Assembly (NCBI GenBank): GCA_030167145.1
Contig: CP126532.1
Location: 780,001 to 812,000 of the forward strand
DNA: 32,000 nt
Reading direction: 5' to 3'
Source of the DNA: Ktedonobacterales bacterium
GTDB lineage: Bacteria; Chloroflexota; Ktedonobacteria; Ktedonobacterales; JADMIN01
This document shows positions 31,191-32,000 of the stretch, in pieces (position 1 is the stretch's first letter; each line of letters opens with the position of its first letter). The notes below the pieces were generated by a model. It had not been told where the DNA came from. It saw only the letters and a list, made by a program, of their open reading frames with translations, and made no database searches. A program made the position numbers and the translations under genes.

Positions 31191-32000
31191 TCACTTCACG
31201 GCAGTCGCGGCTTTGAACGCCTGGGCTAGGATGTCGGGGCGGTCGCTCATCAGGCCGTCAACGCCCCAGCGCAGCAGACGATCCATGTCTGCGCGATTAT
31301 CCACCGTCCAGACGTGAACATCCAGGCCGAGCCGGTGGGCAGCGGCGAGCATCCGTGGGGAGACGATGCGCCTGCCGCGCCATAGCTCCGGCACCTGAAG
31401 CGCATCATAGGCGGGGCGCAGCCACCGAGCCGCGCCGAACCAGGTGGCTACAACGAAGTTGCGGATTTCTGTGGCGCTCGCCGAGGTTGCCACCTGGCCG
31501 CCGGAGAGCCTTCGAAAGCGCACGATTGGCTCATGCAGTTCGCCGCTGGCGACCAGCACACGCTCACGCGCGTCAAGTTCCTGGATGAGCGCCCAGAGGC
31601 GCTGCTCGCGCGGTGGGGTGCTCTCTTTCAGGTCAATGTTGATGCGCAGCACGGGGAAGGTCGTGAAGACTTCTCGCAGCGTGGGAATGCCGATGCCCTG
31701 GCCGCGGAATGGGTAGGTTTGCCCGCCGTCGGGGGTGAAGCGATAGCCCGCATCGAGGCGGCGCAGGTCATCGAGCGTGTAGTCCGCGACGGGGCCACTG
31801 CCATTGGTGGTGCGATCTACGGTCGTATCATGGATCACGACTAGCTCGCCTTCGCGGGTTGTCTGGATGTCGAGTTCGAGCGCGTCCGCGCCGAGTTCTA
31901 CTCCACGCGCGAAAGCAGTGAGCGTGTTTTCCGGCGCTAGCAGCGCGCCGCCGCGATGGGCAAAGAAGAGCGGGGCGGTGTGTGTGAGATATGGACGTCG
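31191..32000 (-). CDS. glycerophosphodiester phosphodiesterase (5' end outside window)
   Basis: The reading frame is open to the window edge. The upstream part reads LFFAHRGGALLAPENTLTAFARGVELGADALELDIQTTREGELVVIHD (GDPD catalytic motifs). The C-terminus reads VHVWTVDN ... GVDGLMSDRPD. The listed Met at 31838 is internal. Confidence 0.85.
   Translation of the reverse strand, partial: RRPYLTHTAPLFFAHRGGALLAPENTLTAFARGVELGADALELDIQTTREGELVVIHDTTVDRTTNGSGPVADYTLDDLRRLDAGYRFTPDGGQTYPFRGQGIGIPTLREVFTTFPVLRINIDLKESTPPREQRLWALIQELDARERVLVASGELHEPIVRFRRLSGGQVATSASATEIRNFVVATWFGAARWLRPAYDALQVPELWRGRRIVSPRMLAAAHRLGLDVHVWTVDNRADMDRLLRWGVDGLMSDRPDILAQAFKAATAVK

Overview
This is a GC-rich bacterial chromosomal segment with strongly G/C-biased third codon positions and many long antisense shadow ORFs. 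I support 27 protein-coding genes, two of them cut by the window edges.

Most genes are core housekeeping:
- sucA (5' partial) and sucB
- pepA
- a tightly packed moaD-moaE-purQ run
- a feruloyl-CoA-synthase-like adenylating enzyme
- ppa
- an FMN-dependent 2-hydroxyacid oxidase/dehydrogenase
- DinB-like and GNAT proteins, and rmuC
- aspS
- a DJ-1/PfpI protein
- Sua5/TsaC
- an alpha/beta hydrolase
- an ArsA/Get3-like ATPase
- an RlmI-like methyltransferase
- a glycerophosphodiester phosphodiesterase (5' partial)

Signalling genes:
- a soluble multi-GAF histidine kinase with an adjacent CheY-like receiver
- a second orphan receiver
- a PP2C phosphatase joined through one TM helix to a ~440-aa repeat-containing ectodomain

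I saw no tRNA or rRNA, no CRISPR array, no transposase or integrase, and no recognisable defence or biosynthetic island. The protein style (P/Q/G/Y low-complexity tails, PP2C-ectodomain fusion, ArsA with HSP20-like tail) makes me think of Chloroflexota (Ktedonobacteria-like). That is an unverified impression.

I did not find a convincing new multi-gene system. The best candidates for undescribed biology are:
1. Two tandem paralogous 4-TM proteins, one with a 64-aa polyproline tail.
2. A membrane protein with a G/Y/Q/D-rich prion-like segment and no recognisable domain.
3. The PP2C-TM-propeller-like protein.
4. A Cys-rich zinc-ribbon-like orphan next to an alpha/beta hydrolase whose nucleophile Ser is Gly.
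5. Several cis elements: two perfect tandem repeats in 3' intergenic regions, perfect palindromes in leaders, mutually exclusive pairing elements at two start sites, and a recurring TGnTACAAT extended -10 motif.

All start codons and regulatory calls are by-eye predictions.
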